From: Octopus sinensis
Taxonomy: Eukaryota
DNA length: 64,000 nt
Direction of reading: 5' to 3'
NCBI RefSeq assembly: GCF_006345805.1
Contig: NC_043026.1
Coordinates: forward strand, 1,984,001-2,048,000
Translations under genes and position numbers: made by a program
Shown here: positions 39,482 to 52,200 of the stretch, one piece after another
How the letters are laid out: each line of letters begins with the position of its first letter
Position numbering within the stretch: the stretch's first letter is position 1
The notes under the pieces: model-generated
Databases searched by the model: none
Seen by the model: the letters and a program-made list of their open reading frames with translations, nothing else
What the model was told of the DNA's origin: nothing

Positions 39482-40495
39482 CTTGTTAGTTACTATGGTG
39501 ACAACACTAGCTATCTATCTCATTTTTACACAAACAAACAAACACACACTCTTTCTCTCCCAACAACAACTTTTTCTCCTCCCCTTCTTCCCACCTTGTA
39601 AATATACATTGCAACAGGGGTTTTGTCCTCTCTTTTCTCCCCCTTCTTTTCCCTCCTACATAGATGTGACAAATAGAGATCAACTTCTCTTTTATAATGT
39701 AAGATTATATACTGACTCTTCTCAATGGACTCATAACTCATTGCTCTTCAATGAGGGGATACAGCCCCTGTCACAGCATATATTTACATGGAGGGAAGAA
39801 GGGGAGAAAGAAAGGTTAAGTTGCTGTTGAGAGAAATACAGTGAGAGAGAGAGAGAGAGAGAGGTAGTATTGCAACCATGGTAACTAACAAGTTGAATCT
39901 GTATCTTATGAAACAGACAAGAAACTGATATTTTCAAACGCAGTATTGCCATTGAAACAGCAGAAATAATGGGAAATATTACCCTTACATGGTGGAAAAA
40001 GTTGTCAACAAACAGCCATGGGAGTTGAACCCACATCCCCTAAGACACTGGCTTTACCATTAAGCTAAACTACCTGCTGACAACATTTCCACCGATTTTA
40101 AACGCTAAATAGATAGCTTATAGAAATGTAACAACCACATGTGTATATAAACTAACATTTGTTTTTTTTTAGAAGCGTTGAATGTGTATTGTACAATACA
40201 GACAAGAAAGTGATATTCGTGAATGGAGTATCACCATTAAAACACCCGAAAAGGCGGAATCCTATGGTTGTTTGTTGATAACTTTTTCTGCCTTGTAAGA
40301 GAAATAATATCCAATTTTTCTGCTGTTTTAACAACAAAACTGTGTATGAAATGAAGTGTTTTGCTCAAGAACACACACCACCCAGTTCAAGAATTGAATC
40401 CACGATCATCAAGTTTCAAGTGTAACACTCTAGCCATTAGGCCACATGCCTTCATATTGAATCCAGTAAGGGAAATTAAAAGAAACTATACTTAC

Positions 40496-40660
40496 TGTCC
40501 AGATGGGATATTACAATCTGGTCAGCTTTCGCTCCTGCTTCCATCAAAATCCTCAGAATCTCAGCAGGTGATTTGGGATTCCTCCCTGGGTGAATAATTA
40601 TTGGACATCCTGTGTGTTCTTGCGCCATTCCTGCAGCTCTCAGTACCTTACGTTCACTGT
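40496..40660 (-). CDS. PTER: Phosphotriesterase-related protein, internal exon
   Basis: Acceptor aattgcAG, donor GTaagt, phase 1-1. Encodes (D)SERKVLRAAGMAQEHTGCPIIIHPGRNPKSPAEILRILMEAGAKADQIVISHLD, with metal-ligand His residues in IHPG and SHLD. Confidence 0.95.
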
Positions 40661-41113
40661 CTGCAATTGGAGATTTGGTAGGATTACACATAGAATTTTA
40701 TAAAATCAATAAAGAAATATATCTTCTCAGGTTAATAATACATTTTATATGTAAAACAATTAGGTACAGGTGTGGTTGTGTGGTAAGAAGCTTGCTTCCC
40801 AACCACATGGTTCCAGGTTCATCCCCACTGCATGGCATCTTGGGCAAGTGTCTTCTACTATAGCCTCGGGCCAATGGAAGCATTGTCAATGGATTTGGTA
40901 AATGGAAACTGAAAGAAGCTTGTCATATATGTGTGTGTGTGTGTGTCTGTGCATGTGTCTTTGTTTGTCTGCCCACCATTGCTTGGCAACTGATGTTGGT
41001 GTTTCCATCCCCATAACTTACCGGTTCAGCTAAGAGACTGATAGAATAAGTACTAGGGTTAGAAACAATAAGTTCTGGGATCGATTTGTTCAACAGAAAC
41101 TCTTTTCATCACA

Positions 41114-41144
<31 letters not shown>

Positions 41145-41174
41145 CCGAATAAGCAACAGAATATCCAGAGGTGA

Positions 41175-41260
41175 TGCAGTACGACTGTTTCAAGTGGCTC
41201 CATTTAATTGAACAATGCAATCATTACATCAATTTAAATGCAGTGCCATCTTCAGCTGCA
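41175..41260 (-). ncRNA. Hammerhead-like fold with a 3-nt insertion before G12
   Basis: UGCAG-CUGAAGA-UGGC...GCCA-[CUU]-GAAAC-AGUC-GUA-CUGCA. Confidence 0.55.
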
Positions 41261-43023
41261 CAAATAAATAAATAGAATTTTAACAAGTAGGACACATTAT
41301 ATATACTACGTCCCCTAAGAATCAAAACCACTGGGAATTGCTAGTTAAGTTCTAGCTGTTGATGATAAATTCATTAATGTCCCAAACCCCTAATTCACAA
41401 TGGCTATAAATTCCCTATGACCACACAAAGAAATAAGTCTGAGAAGAAGTCAGTAAGATAGTAGTATATGCCCAGGAAGAGGGTGGGTAGGGGTGACATA
41501 AACTATTTTATTATTATCAGCTAAAAGTGGACTAAAATAGAAAACAAAGGAGGTCACAATGAGATCTGGAACGTAAGTGATGTATGTTCCCAGCATAAAC
41601 AAAATTGGATGAAAAATATTGATTTTAAGGGGGATAAAAAAAAAGGCCTGTACACACACACCTTCCCCCACCTCACACATCCATTACCTATCCACTTTCA
41701 AAAAGTTAAAACCTCCCAATGTTTCACTTTCGTCTGATGTTTCATGAATGCGTAGAATTGAACTGAAATAGAAGACATAAAAATACCAGACCACTACCAG
41801 AAAACCCGACATGCTAGAAACAACAGGTAAATGACATTATTTCAGAAGAAACTTCCCCACTTTTCAAAAAGCTAAAAGTGAGTCTTTAGCTTTTTGAAAG
41901 TAGTGAAGTGATGGGTAGATTTTTGAGAAGGAGCTTTTAGTGTTTCTTTTAAAAAAAAGGAAGAAGAAAATTCTTCAAGATTCATTCTGTCTTTTTTTCC
42001 ATGGATTACCAAGAAAAAGATTTGGAAAAAAGTAAAAATGAAGAAAATTAAAATATTGAGAATGTGTTTTATGGGTGAAATCCTAATCTCCTGTAGCGAA
42101 AACATAGGAATCAGAAGCCATTTAGGAAAAAATAAGGTGGGGCACAAATGTCACACCTTGGACATGCAAGAAACAACAGGGAAAGGATTTCTGGAAAAAC
42201 TTCCTTCTAAATTTGTATCGAAGATCAGGTTTTTAAACTGGATTTGAACTGTAATTTTGTACATGCATACAGCAAGAAATAACATAATTCATGCAGAAGT
42301 TTTACCTAGAGTGTGTGTGTGTGTGTGTACCAAAGGAAGTTATTTTATGGTATTCTTTCATTTGAAGCAGCAAAGTTGTCAATTCAATCATATAGGATCA
42401 TATGATTGTTCGTTCATTTCTGCAAAATTTTTTATTTCTTTATGTTTTGAAGAAAGCAGAAATTGAAAGAGAGGAGAAAGTGAAAAAATTGACAATTGCT
42501 TTGAAGTGAGGGCAGAAAGTGAAATATGTATGTATGTGTATATGAAATGGATGTGTGTGTCTTTGTGCATGAGAGAGAGTGTGAGTGAAGGTGTGGGATG
42601 CCATGCATGTATGTGTAAGTGATACTCACTCTCTCTCTCTTTCTCACACACGCTTATATACACATACACAAATACATATGTGTGTATGTATGCATGTGAG
42701 AGTGTGAGTGAGTGATCGTATTTCCTCATAACATATAGAGAAATGGATGTCTTTTAATGAAATTCTTTTGGTTGTGGCTTATTTTAATCCAATATTTATG
42801 TAATGCAAGAAACAGCCAGGTTTCTTTCTCCAGCATTTTACATAGTTCAACCTACACTATTGTTTGTGTGAAAAACAAAATTTAGAATTTAGAAGGAAGT
42901 TTCTATAAAACTAGTTTTTAAACATCGGATGGCTTAAAGGGATCCACCAGAATAAAATAGTAATTAAAGGGGTCCATAGATAAAAAAAAAATGGTTGAGA
43001 ACCCCTGGTTTAAAAGGGATTAC

Positions 43024-43179
43024 CTGTGAGGGGCCACGAACAGCCAATTTCTCCAATAACCCCACAATGTATTCCAGAGGTGCCAACACCAGATATTATA
43101 TCATGTTCCATTAGTGACGCCAGTTTCTCAGCAGGGGTTTTACGAGTTTCATCGCTATGAGTTATGTCGACATAAAAAC
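43024..43179 (-). CDS. PTER: Phosphotriesterase-related protein, internal exon
   Basis: Acceptor ctttacAG, donor GTaatc, phase 1-1. Encodes (G)FYVDITHSDETRKTPAEKLASLMEHDIISGVGTSGIHCGVIGEIGCSWPLT, including the GEIG motif with the metal-bridging Glu. Confidence 0.95.
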
Positions 43180-43395
43180 CTGTAAAGTGAGATGAGGATT
43201 AAGAGATTAAGGATTAACTTTTGTAGCCATGAACAGATTTAAGTGAGGGATGTTTATACACGAATACATTCAAATGGATGCTAATATACAGGAGTCATAT
43301 ATGGTTACAGGTAGGTGGGTTTGTGTGTGTGTGTGTGTGTATTTATGTCTAGATATGTATGTGTGCATGCACACACACACACACATACACACACA

Positions 43396-43435
<40 letters not shown>

Positions 43436-43451
43436 ACACACACACACCCAC

Positions 43452-43673
43452 ATGAGGGTTTGCTGAAAAGTTCCTGGCTTTGGGTTAAAGAAAATACAAG
43501 AGGATCAGTTAATTATGATTTTATTCACATGTTCCCTTTTCAGATTTACACCCTTCTTGCAGCGCAGTCCTTCAGTTTTTCTGAGCCCTGCAAAAGAACT
43601 CAGAAGGTTGGGCCTCCACCCAGGCTTTTCATGATACCCTTAAAGCCAGGAACTTTTCAGCACCCCTCATGTA
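43452..43673. mobile_element. Mariner-type MITE
   Basis: ~30-bp TIRs CATGAGGG(T/G)(T/G)TGCTGAAAAGTTCCTGGCTTT; partial copies at 21633-21830 and 33960-33993. Confidence 0.8.
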
Positions 43674-44289
43674 TAGTTTTATATATAATATATATGAGCG
43701 TACAATATATAGGAAGGATCTGGAAATAATTACAAGGCAGCTAAATGTTGCTTAAGTGTCCTTGGAAACAACAGACACACTTGTGTGGGATTTGAATCTG
43801 AGGAGGAGCAAGACGTGTTTAGGAGGAAAAAGGAAAAATAGAAAAAGGGGACAGAAAAGGTCATGTGTATAATATGCATATGCAAACACATACACATACA
43901 CACAACATGTATTTAGATAAACATACATAGTTTTTACTAATATTACATATATACATATAAACACACACATTGATATATACATATGCACATATATATATAT
44001 ATATATACATGCATAAGCAAACCTATATTTATATATATATATATATATATACACTCACTTACATACGTACAAGTGTACATATAAATGAAGTCATATACAT
44101 CTATTGATGTTAGCATATATGTATATATGTATGTATTGTGAGTATATGAATGTGTGTAGATGTGTTTGTATGTACAAGTGGATGTGTGTATGTATATGTG
44201 TATATATATATATATATGTGTGTGTATATACATGTGTATGTATGTATGTATAGTGGCTTCCCTCCCCTCACATCCATGACACTAACCCT

Positions 44290-45150
44290 GCTCTTTGTCT
44301 TTTCAACTCCTTCTCCTTCCCTCCTGGCCCTTCTAATCTTCTCTTCACTCTTGATATCGAGAGTCTATATATGGTGATCCCACACCACGAAGAACTTCCT
44401 ACACCTTCAACCCAACCGCCAACCTGCCATGTCCACATTTCTGCATTCGGCCAAACTTGACCTCTCCCTCAACTGATTCTTGTTTGTGGGGGAGTTTTAG
44501 CAACAGGTCTCGAGAGTGGCTATGGGAATGAGAATCGGCCCCAACTATGCGAACCTGTTCATTGGCTATATTGAGGCCCAAATATTTTCAAGATCCACTG
44601 GTCCCACTTCCGAACTATATGGTCGTTATATTGATGACAGTATCGGTGTGGCCTCGCTCTTGCATGAACAATGAGACTCCTTCCTCTTTTTTGTCCAATC
44701 CTTCCATCCTGCCCTTAAATTCTCCTGCACCATTTCCAACAAATGAGCCCACAATCTATGTGACCTCCTGGTCCACAGTTTCTTTCCTAACCCCACCTCC
44801 CAACCTTGCTCATTCCCCTGCTCCCGCCCATGCTGCTGCACTTGCCCCTACCTCTCCAACACCACTATCCTCACAGTCATCATCATCCCTATCATATCAC
44901 TGACTCTTTTTACCTGCACTTCTAGCAACATCATTTACTGCATCTCCTTCTCTTTCTGTCCTTCTCTATATATCGGTCAAACAGGACGCCACTTGGCTGA
45001 ACTGTTCCTGGAGTACCTCTGAGATATTAGACTCAGCAATGACACCCTGGTCTCATACCATTTCCACTCTACCGGTCATTCATTATAACACCTGTCTGTG
45101 TTCGGATTGTCTTTGCACAGGAGCCATCCGGATTCCTGCCTTTGCCATGA
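44290..45150 (+). mobile_element. Penelope-like element fragment (RT plus GIY-YIG), internally deleted
   Basis: VAMGMRIGPNYANLFIGYIE, GRYIDDSIG, CPSLYIGQTGRHL, VSYHFHSTGHS. Confidence 0.85.
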
Positions 45151-45936
45151 ACAGGAATTAATTTTCTCTCTTCACTCCGTTACAGTACGTTGACTCAGCT
45201 CCTCTCCCCTCCCCACTTCATCTGACTCCTACTTCCTCTCTTCACTCCCACCCACCTTCTCCCTTCATTGATACTCCTTCCATCCACCCACCCCCCTCTG
45301 TCACTATTCATTGACACTCCTACTATTGCTCATGTAGGGGTGAGAGTAATAGGCATAGAGAAGGTAGTAGATTGACCATTGTGATGGTAATGGGGTGATA
45401 GGAATAGTATGAGTTGTAGTTGTGATAGAGGTGGAGGCGATGGTGATGATGGTGGTGGTGGTGGTAGCTGAAGCAGTCAGGAACAACAGTGATAGTAAGT
45501 GATGTGAAAGACAGTAGCAATAGTGGTGGAGGGGAAGGCAGCAAAGTCAAAGGTATTGATGGTGGTGGCGTGAGAAGTCTGAATGGTGTGTGTATGGCAG
45601 TTGTGGTGGCGATGGTGGTGGTACTGGTGGTGGTGGTTGAAAACAATCAACAGAAAGAGAGAGAAAGACAGAGAGAGAGAGACAGAGAGGGAAAGAGAAA
45701 GAGAAGAGGTTAGACAGAAAAAAAAAGATTGTACTGAACCCTGAATGGGAAGACAAAAAAGTGTTGTTTATTTTGCAGTTTTGCAATAAGTTCCATCTCG
45801 ACAAATTATATCATTGTTTTGATGGAAATTGTTGATTGCTTGGAAAATATTGGTCGAGTTTAATAAAATTTAATATGAAGTGTATCATTGTTGGGCCCAA
45901 GGCCTAATGAAGAGCCACCCAGTGGCTTTTAAGCTA

Positions 45937-46018
<82 letters not shown>

Positions 46019-46281
46019 ATATATAACATAATAAATAAATAAAACATATGCATATATACATACATATATGTACGTACCTACCTCTACATGTATATATACA
46101 TGCACATATGGGTACAGGACACCAAAAAAACGTCGAACACAATGAGAAACGAAAACATAAACACAAAACCAAGGAAATGGACATTTTTCTTAAACAACGA
46201 AAAAATAGAGTACAGGACATACAAAACAAGGAAAATTCCCCTTCTTCAGTCGCCTTAGATTCATCTACTCCACGTTTCGAA

Positions 46282-46327
<46 letters not shown>

Positions 46328-46675
46328 GTGTATATGTATATATATGTACATATTGTGTTCTTCTATACATGTGTATATGTTTGTATGTATGTGTATGTGT
46401 GTACGTATATAAATATAAAAATTTATATATATAGTTGGAATTTACAAAAAACAAACGACGAAGACAGGTGTGTGCAGGTATGTATGTGTGTATGTATACA
46501 TCAATATGTGTGTGTGTGTGTGTGTTTGTATGTAAATATGTAATATTAGTAAAAAAATATATATGTTTATCTAAGCACGTTGTGTGTATGTGTACATGTT
46601 TGCATATGCATATATATACATGACATTTTCTGGGGCTTCATATATCTGTTAAAATGTCTGTGTGTTGAGTACTGA

Positions 46676-46767
46676 TATCCTCCCTGAAGAGATTCATGCA
46701 TTGCTAAACATTATTCATCCTGTCAGATATATTTTGGATGCATCCATCGAAACATGTGTAGGAGATA
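46676..46767 (+). ncRNA. Type I hammerhead ribozyme fold, canonical core
   Basis: UAUCCUCC-CUGAAGA-GAUUCAUGCAU...AUGCAUCCAUC-GAAAC-AUGU-GUA-GGAGAUA. G10.1-C11.1 present, GUA triplet. Confidence 0.75.
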
Positions 46768-46824
46768 AGAAGACATAATGATTTAATAACATCTTGAGCA
46801 TTTGTCTCCCCTTTCTATTTTTCC

Positions 46825-46871
<47 letters not shown>

Positions 46872-47258
46872 CCTTTACTCTTTTACTTGTTTCAGTCATT
46901 TGACTGCGGCCATGCTGCAGCACTGCCGGGGCTTATTCCTTTGTAAGCCCAGTACTTATTCTATTGGTCTCTTTTTTGCCGAACCGCTAAGTAACGGGGA
47001 CATAAACACACCAGCATCGGTTGTCAAGCAATGCTAGGGGGACAAACACAGACACACAAACACACACACGCATATATATATATACATATATACGACGGGC
47101 TTCTTTCAGTTTCCGTCTACCAAATCCACTCACAAGGCTTTGGTCGGCCCAGGCTATAGTAGAAGACACTTGCCTAAGGTGCCACGCAGTGGGACTGAAC
47201 CCGGAACCATGTGGTTGGTAAACAAGCTACTTACCACACAAAGCCCCCTCCTTGCGCC

Positions 47259-47259
<1 letters not shown>
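46872..47259 (-). mobile_element. tRNA-derived SINE, most abundant family (representative copy)
   Basis: Head GGCGCA...GTGTGGTAAGTAGCTTG...GGTTCAGTCCC with A/B boxes. Other copies at about 2300-2697, 4255-4652, 16225-16598, 50275-50805, 55150-55400 and 59040-59378 (-), and 32450-32720, 40765-41100 and 51103-51505 (+). Confidence 0.9.
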
Positions 47260-47341
<82 letters not shown>

Positions 47342-48273
47342 ATATATAATATATATATAGTATATTTATATATATATATATATATAGATATATATATATA
47401 TATATATTATAATATATATATACATATATATAATATATAAAATATTATATATATAAATAATATATATATATATTATATATAATATATATATATATATAAT
47501 ATATATGTTATATATATATATACATATATATAATGAATTAAAAGCATTGGTGATGTTGTAAATTATTATCAACTCAGTGAATGTGTTTTTGCTCGTTTAC
47601 AGTATAGTGCATTGTGGACGACTCCTTCATAGCATCATCATCATCATCATCATCATCGTTTAACGTCTGCTTTCCATGCTGGTATGGGTTGGACGGTTTG
47701 ACTAGGGGTTGGCAAGCCAGAAGGCTGTACCAGTGGGTATCATAGACACATGACACAGCTCATCTCCAATCCCATTCAGGAGTGATGGATACAGATATTT
47801 ACCATTTTGGAGGTTTATCAACATCATGTACCTGAATCGAACCTGGGATGAACTTTATACAAAGAAGAGTCAAATGCATTTATGGCCTCTGTGTGTGCGT
47901 GTGAGTGCATGTGTGTGTGTGTGTGTGTGTGTGAACTTGTGTTTGTAAGGCCACAACATTGGTCAGTGTCTGCTCAGTCAACCTAGTACTGAACTGGACC
48001 TTTGTTCATCAACCCAAAAAGTATGCAAAGTTGACCTCAGTGAAATTTGAACTCAGAACAGAATGCCACTCAGCATTTTCTCCAGCATGCTAACAATTCT
48101 GCCAGTTCCCCATCTTGAATGGTAAAAAGCTGTAAAAAGGATGGAAAAGGAAACAGAAACCCATAAATGAGAAACAAACAACAACATCAAAAAATGCTGC
48201 GCCATTCATTATGGGTACCTGACAAGATTTTAAAAAAAGGGAGAGAAACTAAAGCCATAAATAAGTATGTTAC

Positions 48274-48385
48274 CTGTGCCTGCAATGATATTCACACCTG
48301 ACTGTTCAGAGACTTTCTTCAAGAATTCAACATTTGGATTTAATCCAATCACAGTGTTGTCTACAATAGACGATCCACCATTTGC
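48274..48385 (-). CDS. PTER: Phosphotriesterase-related protein, internal exon
   Basis: Acceptor ttcttcAG, donor GTaaca, phase 0-1. Encodes ANGGSSIVDNTVIGLNPNVEFLKKVSEQSGVNIIAGT(G). Confidence 0.93.
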
Positions 48386-48409
48386 CTGAAGAACAGATTT
48401 CATATTTGG

Positions 48410-49268
48410 AGAAAAACAACTTATTTTAAATCTCTGAGTGAGAGATTATACAGTAACAGTACCAAACAGTAATACATATATATAAGCCAACTGAATGTGG
48501 CAGTCCTATAAAGGACAGTGTTACTGTTGTTATAGCCCCAGGAAAACCTCTTTTCTAGCTGGCTATCAACAGACAGTTTGTGTCTGTATAGCATTTGTGA
48601 GGGAGGTCATCGCTCCCATCTCTAGCCTTATGTGATACTCACAGCCCCAGGTTTCTAGGTGCTTACCTGTCCTCAGTGTAAGACAATCACAGGCTAGTCA
48701 CAAAAGCTTTCTCCACTCACAAATGCTAGATATTTTTTAAGCAACAAACAGTCGCTGTTCTTGTAGAGAGAAAAACAACTTGTTTTAAATCTTAGAATGA
48801 GAGATATATAGTAACAGTACCAAATAGTAATGTTTATATCCTAACAGAATGTGGCAGTCCTATAAAGGACGGTGTTACTATTGTTATAGCCCCAGGAAAA
48901 CATCAGTAACATCGTCCTCTATAGGACTGCCACATTCTGTTGGCATATAAGCATTACTATTCGGTACTGCTACAGTATATCTCTCTCAAGTTGTTTTTCT
49001 CTCTACAAGTTCAGCGACTGTGTGTCACTTAGAAAATAGATAACATTTGTGAGTGGAGAAAGTTTTTGTCACTCGCCTGTGATTGCCTCACAATGAAACC
49101 CAGGGCTGTGAGTATCATGTAAGGCTAGAGATAGGAGCAATGACCTCCCTTGTGAATGCTATACGGACACAAACTGTGTGTCAACAGCCAGCTGGAAAAG
49201 AGGTTTTCCTGGGGCTATGACAACAGTAACAACGTCCTTTATAGGACTGCCACATTCTGTTGGCATAT
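48410..49268. repeat. Tandem-plus-inverted (foldback) array of a ~360-bp unit
   Basis: 48481-48879 is the reverse complement of 48905-49268 (about 90% identical in the segments aligned by eye) around a 25-nt loop; 48410-48535 recurs directly at 48771-48900. Confidence 0.9.
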
Positions 49269-52200
49269 AAAGCTTTCATATATATATATATATATATATC
49301 ATTATTAATATATCAGGGGCAAATTCATTATAAATATTAACCTTACTAATTAATTTAATCACAAATCATAATGGGAAACTTTTGTTATACCCATTCTTGA
49401 AATTTGATGGCAGGTGTCCTGAAATAACAAAGCACACCCCACAACATATTGTATCATAAGATGGTACCATGAGTATCGTAGGATAATGGGAAAACTACAA
49501 AAAATTAACGGTGAAGAGTGCTTTGACAGCAGAGTTGCAGGTTCGTTTTCGTGGTGAGAAGTTGTATGTTTAAATTAATTTAAAATTCCTGAACTAAAAC
49601 TAATTTTTTTTTACAATAATTTTTTTCTTAGAATATCATCATAAAAACTTTGATCTTAATTTGTTTTCAAAACTAAATAATACACTTTTAGAATTCAGAA
49701 CCAAAACTTAAGTCGGGTCTAATTCTGGCATTGTTAGTGCACCAAACACTACAAGTTTGGGTAAAGTCAGCAGTTTTGTCATTCGATGTGAAAGGTGGTG
49801 CATTAATATTTTGCTCAGTGAATTTTGTGATTCTTTCTAGTTTTATGCTTAGGTATTTTAATTAAAATTTAATTAGTGTTGATTTTAAACATCTGTTCAC
49901 ATTTTGAATAGAAATACACAGCTTGTCTGCCTAATTTGAGTAATACTAATGTCAGCATGGTGAGTGTGGCAGCACACCCAATGACCACCACCACCATACG
50001 CCACTGACACATATATGCATATGTGTCTATATATGTATATATATGTATATTGGTTTCAAATTCTGGCACAAGGCTTGTAAGTTCAAGGGAAGAGGTAAGA
50101 TGATAACAGCGACCCCTAGTGCTCAACTGGTCCTTATTTTATCAACCCTGAAGGGATGAAAAGCAAAGTTGGCCTCAGTGGAATTTGAACTTGGAACCTG
50201 AAGGCAGGTGAAATGCTGCCAAGCATTTTGCCCACCCGGCTAATGATTCTGCTTAACGAATCATTAATAGTCTTTTAGTCTTTTACCTGCTCCAGTCATT
50301 TGACTGGCCATAATGGAGCACTGCTTAAAGGGTTTTAGTCAAAGAAGTCAACCCCAGGACTTATTCATTTTAAGCCTAGTACTTATTCTATCAGTCTCTT
50401 TTGCTGAACCACTAAGTTACAGGGACAAACACACCAACATCATTTGTCAAGCAATGGTGGTGGACAAACACAGACACACACACAGAAACACAAATATACA
50501 CACACACACATATGATGGGCTTCTCTCAGTTTCCACCTACCAAATCCACTCGCAGAGGCTTTGGTTGGTCTGAGGGTATAATAGAAGACACTTGCCCATG
50601 GTGCCACCCGGAACCATGTGGTTGGGAAGCAAGCTTCTTATCACACAGCCACTCCTGCGCCATATGATGGGCTTCTTTCAGTTTCCGCCTACCAAATCCA
50701 CTCCCAAAGGCTTTGGTTGGTCTGAGGGTATAATAGAAGACACTTGCCCACGGTGCCACCCGGAACCATGTGGTTGGGAAGCAAGCTTCTTATCACACAG
50801 CCTCTACCTATATATTAGAGACAGTGTGATCTGAAAAGAACTCGCCACAGGAAGTCGATAAGCATCAAACACGTACACAACTTGTATACCTGACTAAAAG
50901 AGGATTATACACGATCAGCAAAGTTTATCAATTGTCGTATGTTATATACTTCATCCCATATTGTGACAGAAAGTACAAGGTGAAAATTAGCAATTAAAAG
51001 TGCTAATTATGCAAATAGAGATCAAAGAGTGTAGAGAATAGAAAAGCCAAGTGAAGACTACATATATTTCCAATCTACACTTAACATGTAACATATAAAG
51101 ATAGGGGCAGGCATGGCTGTTTGGTAAGACACTTGCTTCCCAACCACATGGTTCCAGGTTCAGTCCCACTGTGTGGCACCTTGGGCAACTGTCTTCTACT
51201 ATAGTCTTGGGTCAACCAAAGCCTTGTGAGTGGATTTGGTAGATGGAAAACTGAAAGAAGCCCAGTGTGTGTGTGTGTGTGTGTGAGAGTGTGTGTGTGT
51301 GTGTGTTTGTGTCTGTCCACCTCACCACCACTGCTTGACAACCAATGTTGGTGTGTTTATGTCCTTGTAACTTAGCAGTTCGGCAAAAAAGACTGATAGA
51401 ATAAGTACTTGGCTTACAAAGAATAAGTCCCAGGGTCAATTTGTTCGACTAAGGTGATGCTCCAGCATGGCCACGGTCAAATGACCAAAACAAGTAAAGG
51501 AATGAAAGAAAATACCATTGACCTTTTGGTCAGGTCTAATTACCATCAGTTGCTCGCTTCATTGCAAAGGTAAAAGTGAATGTGTTTTAACATAGGGATG
51601 AATATGTAAAAGCAGCCAGCACACACTCTGTAATGTGGTTGGCATGTTAGGAAGGGCATCCAGCCGTAGAAACCTTGCCAAACCAGGCTGGAGTCTGGTG
51701 CAGCTCCTCAGCTTCCCAGCTCTGGTCAAACCATCCAACCCATGCCAGCATGGACAATGGACATTGAATGATGACATTGTGCTGAGATAATGATTTTATT
51801 AACGAATGAAAAAAATTGCCATAATTCCAGGATGAAACGTGAAATAGTAAACTGCAATTCCAGTTGTCCATTATGTAAATGAATGATAGGTAATCGATCA
51901 GCATCCAATGATAAAGAAGTCTGTGTTCTTAGTGATGAGAGTACATATGACTGTGCAGTCCAAAGCTGGAAGCACACTGGCACCCACAGATGTCGCAGCA
52001 ACGGTCAGTTGACTGGATTGAAGCAGATGTTCCCTGTGACATCCTTCTTTTGCAGCAGTGAGACACTGCAGCCACTCCTCTTCCAATGAATGAATAAAAC
52101 TACTAAAATAAGCAACCCCGTGGTGGGAAAGAAGAGATTCATAAAATGAGTGAATGTACAGAAAATGTCACCCGACGGAGTCAATAAAGTGTCACATGCT

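Noticed and set aside
46230-46290. Possible permuted (type II) hammerhead on the minus strand
   Set aside because: GAAAC and CUGAAGA are present, but stems I and II cannot be formed.
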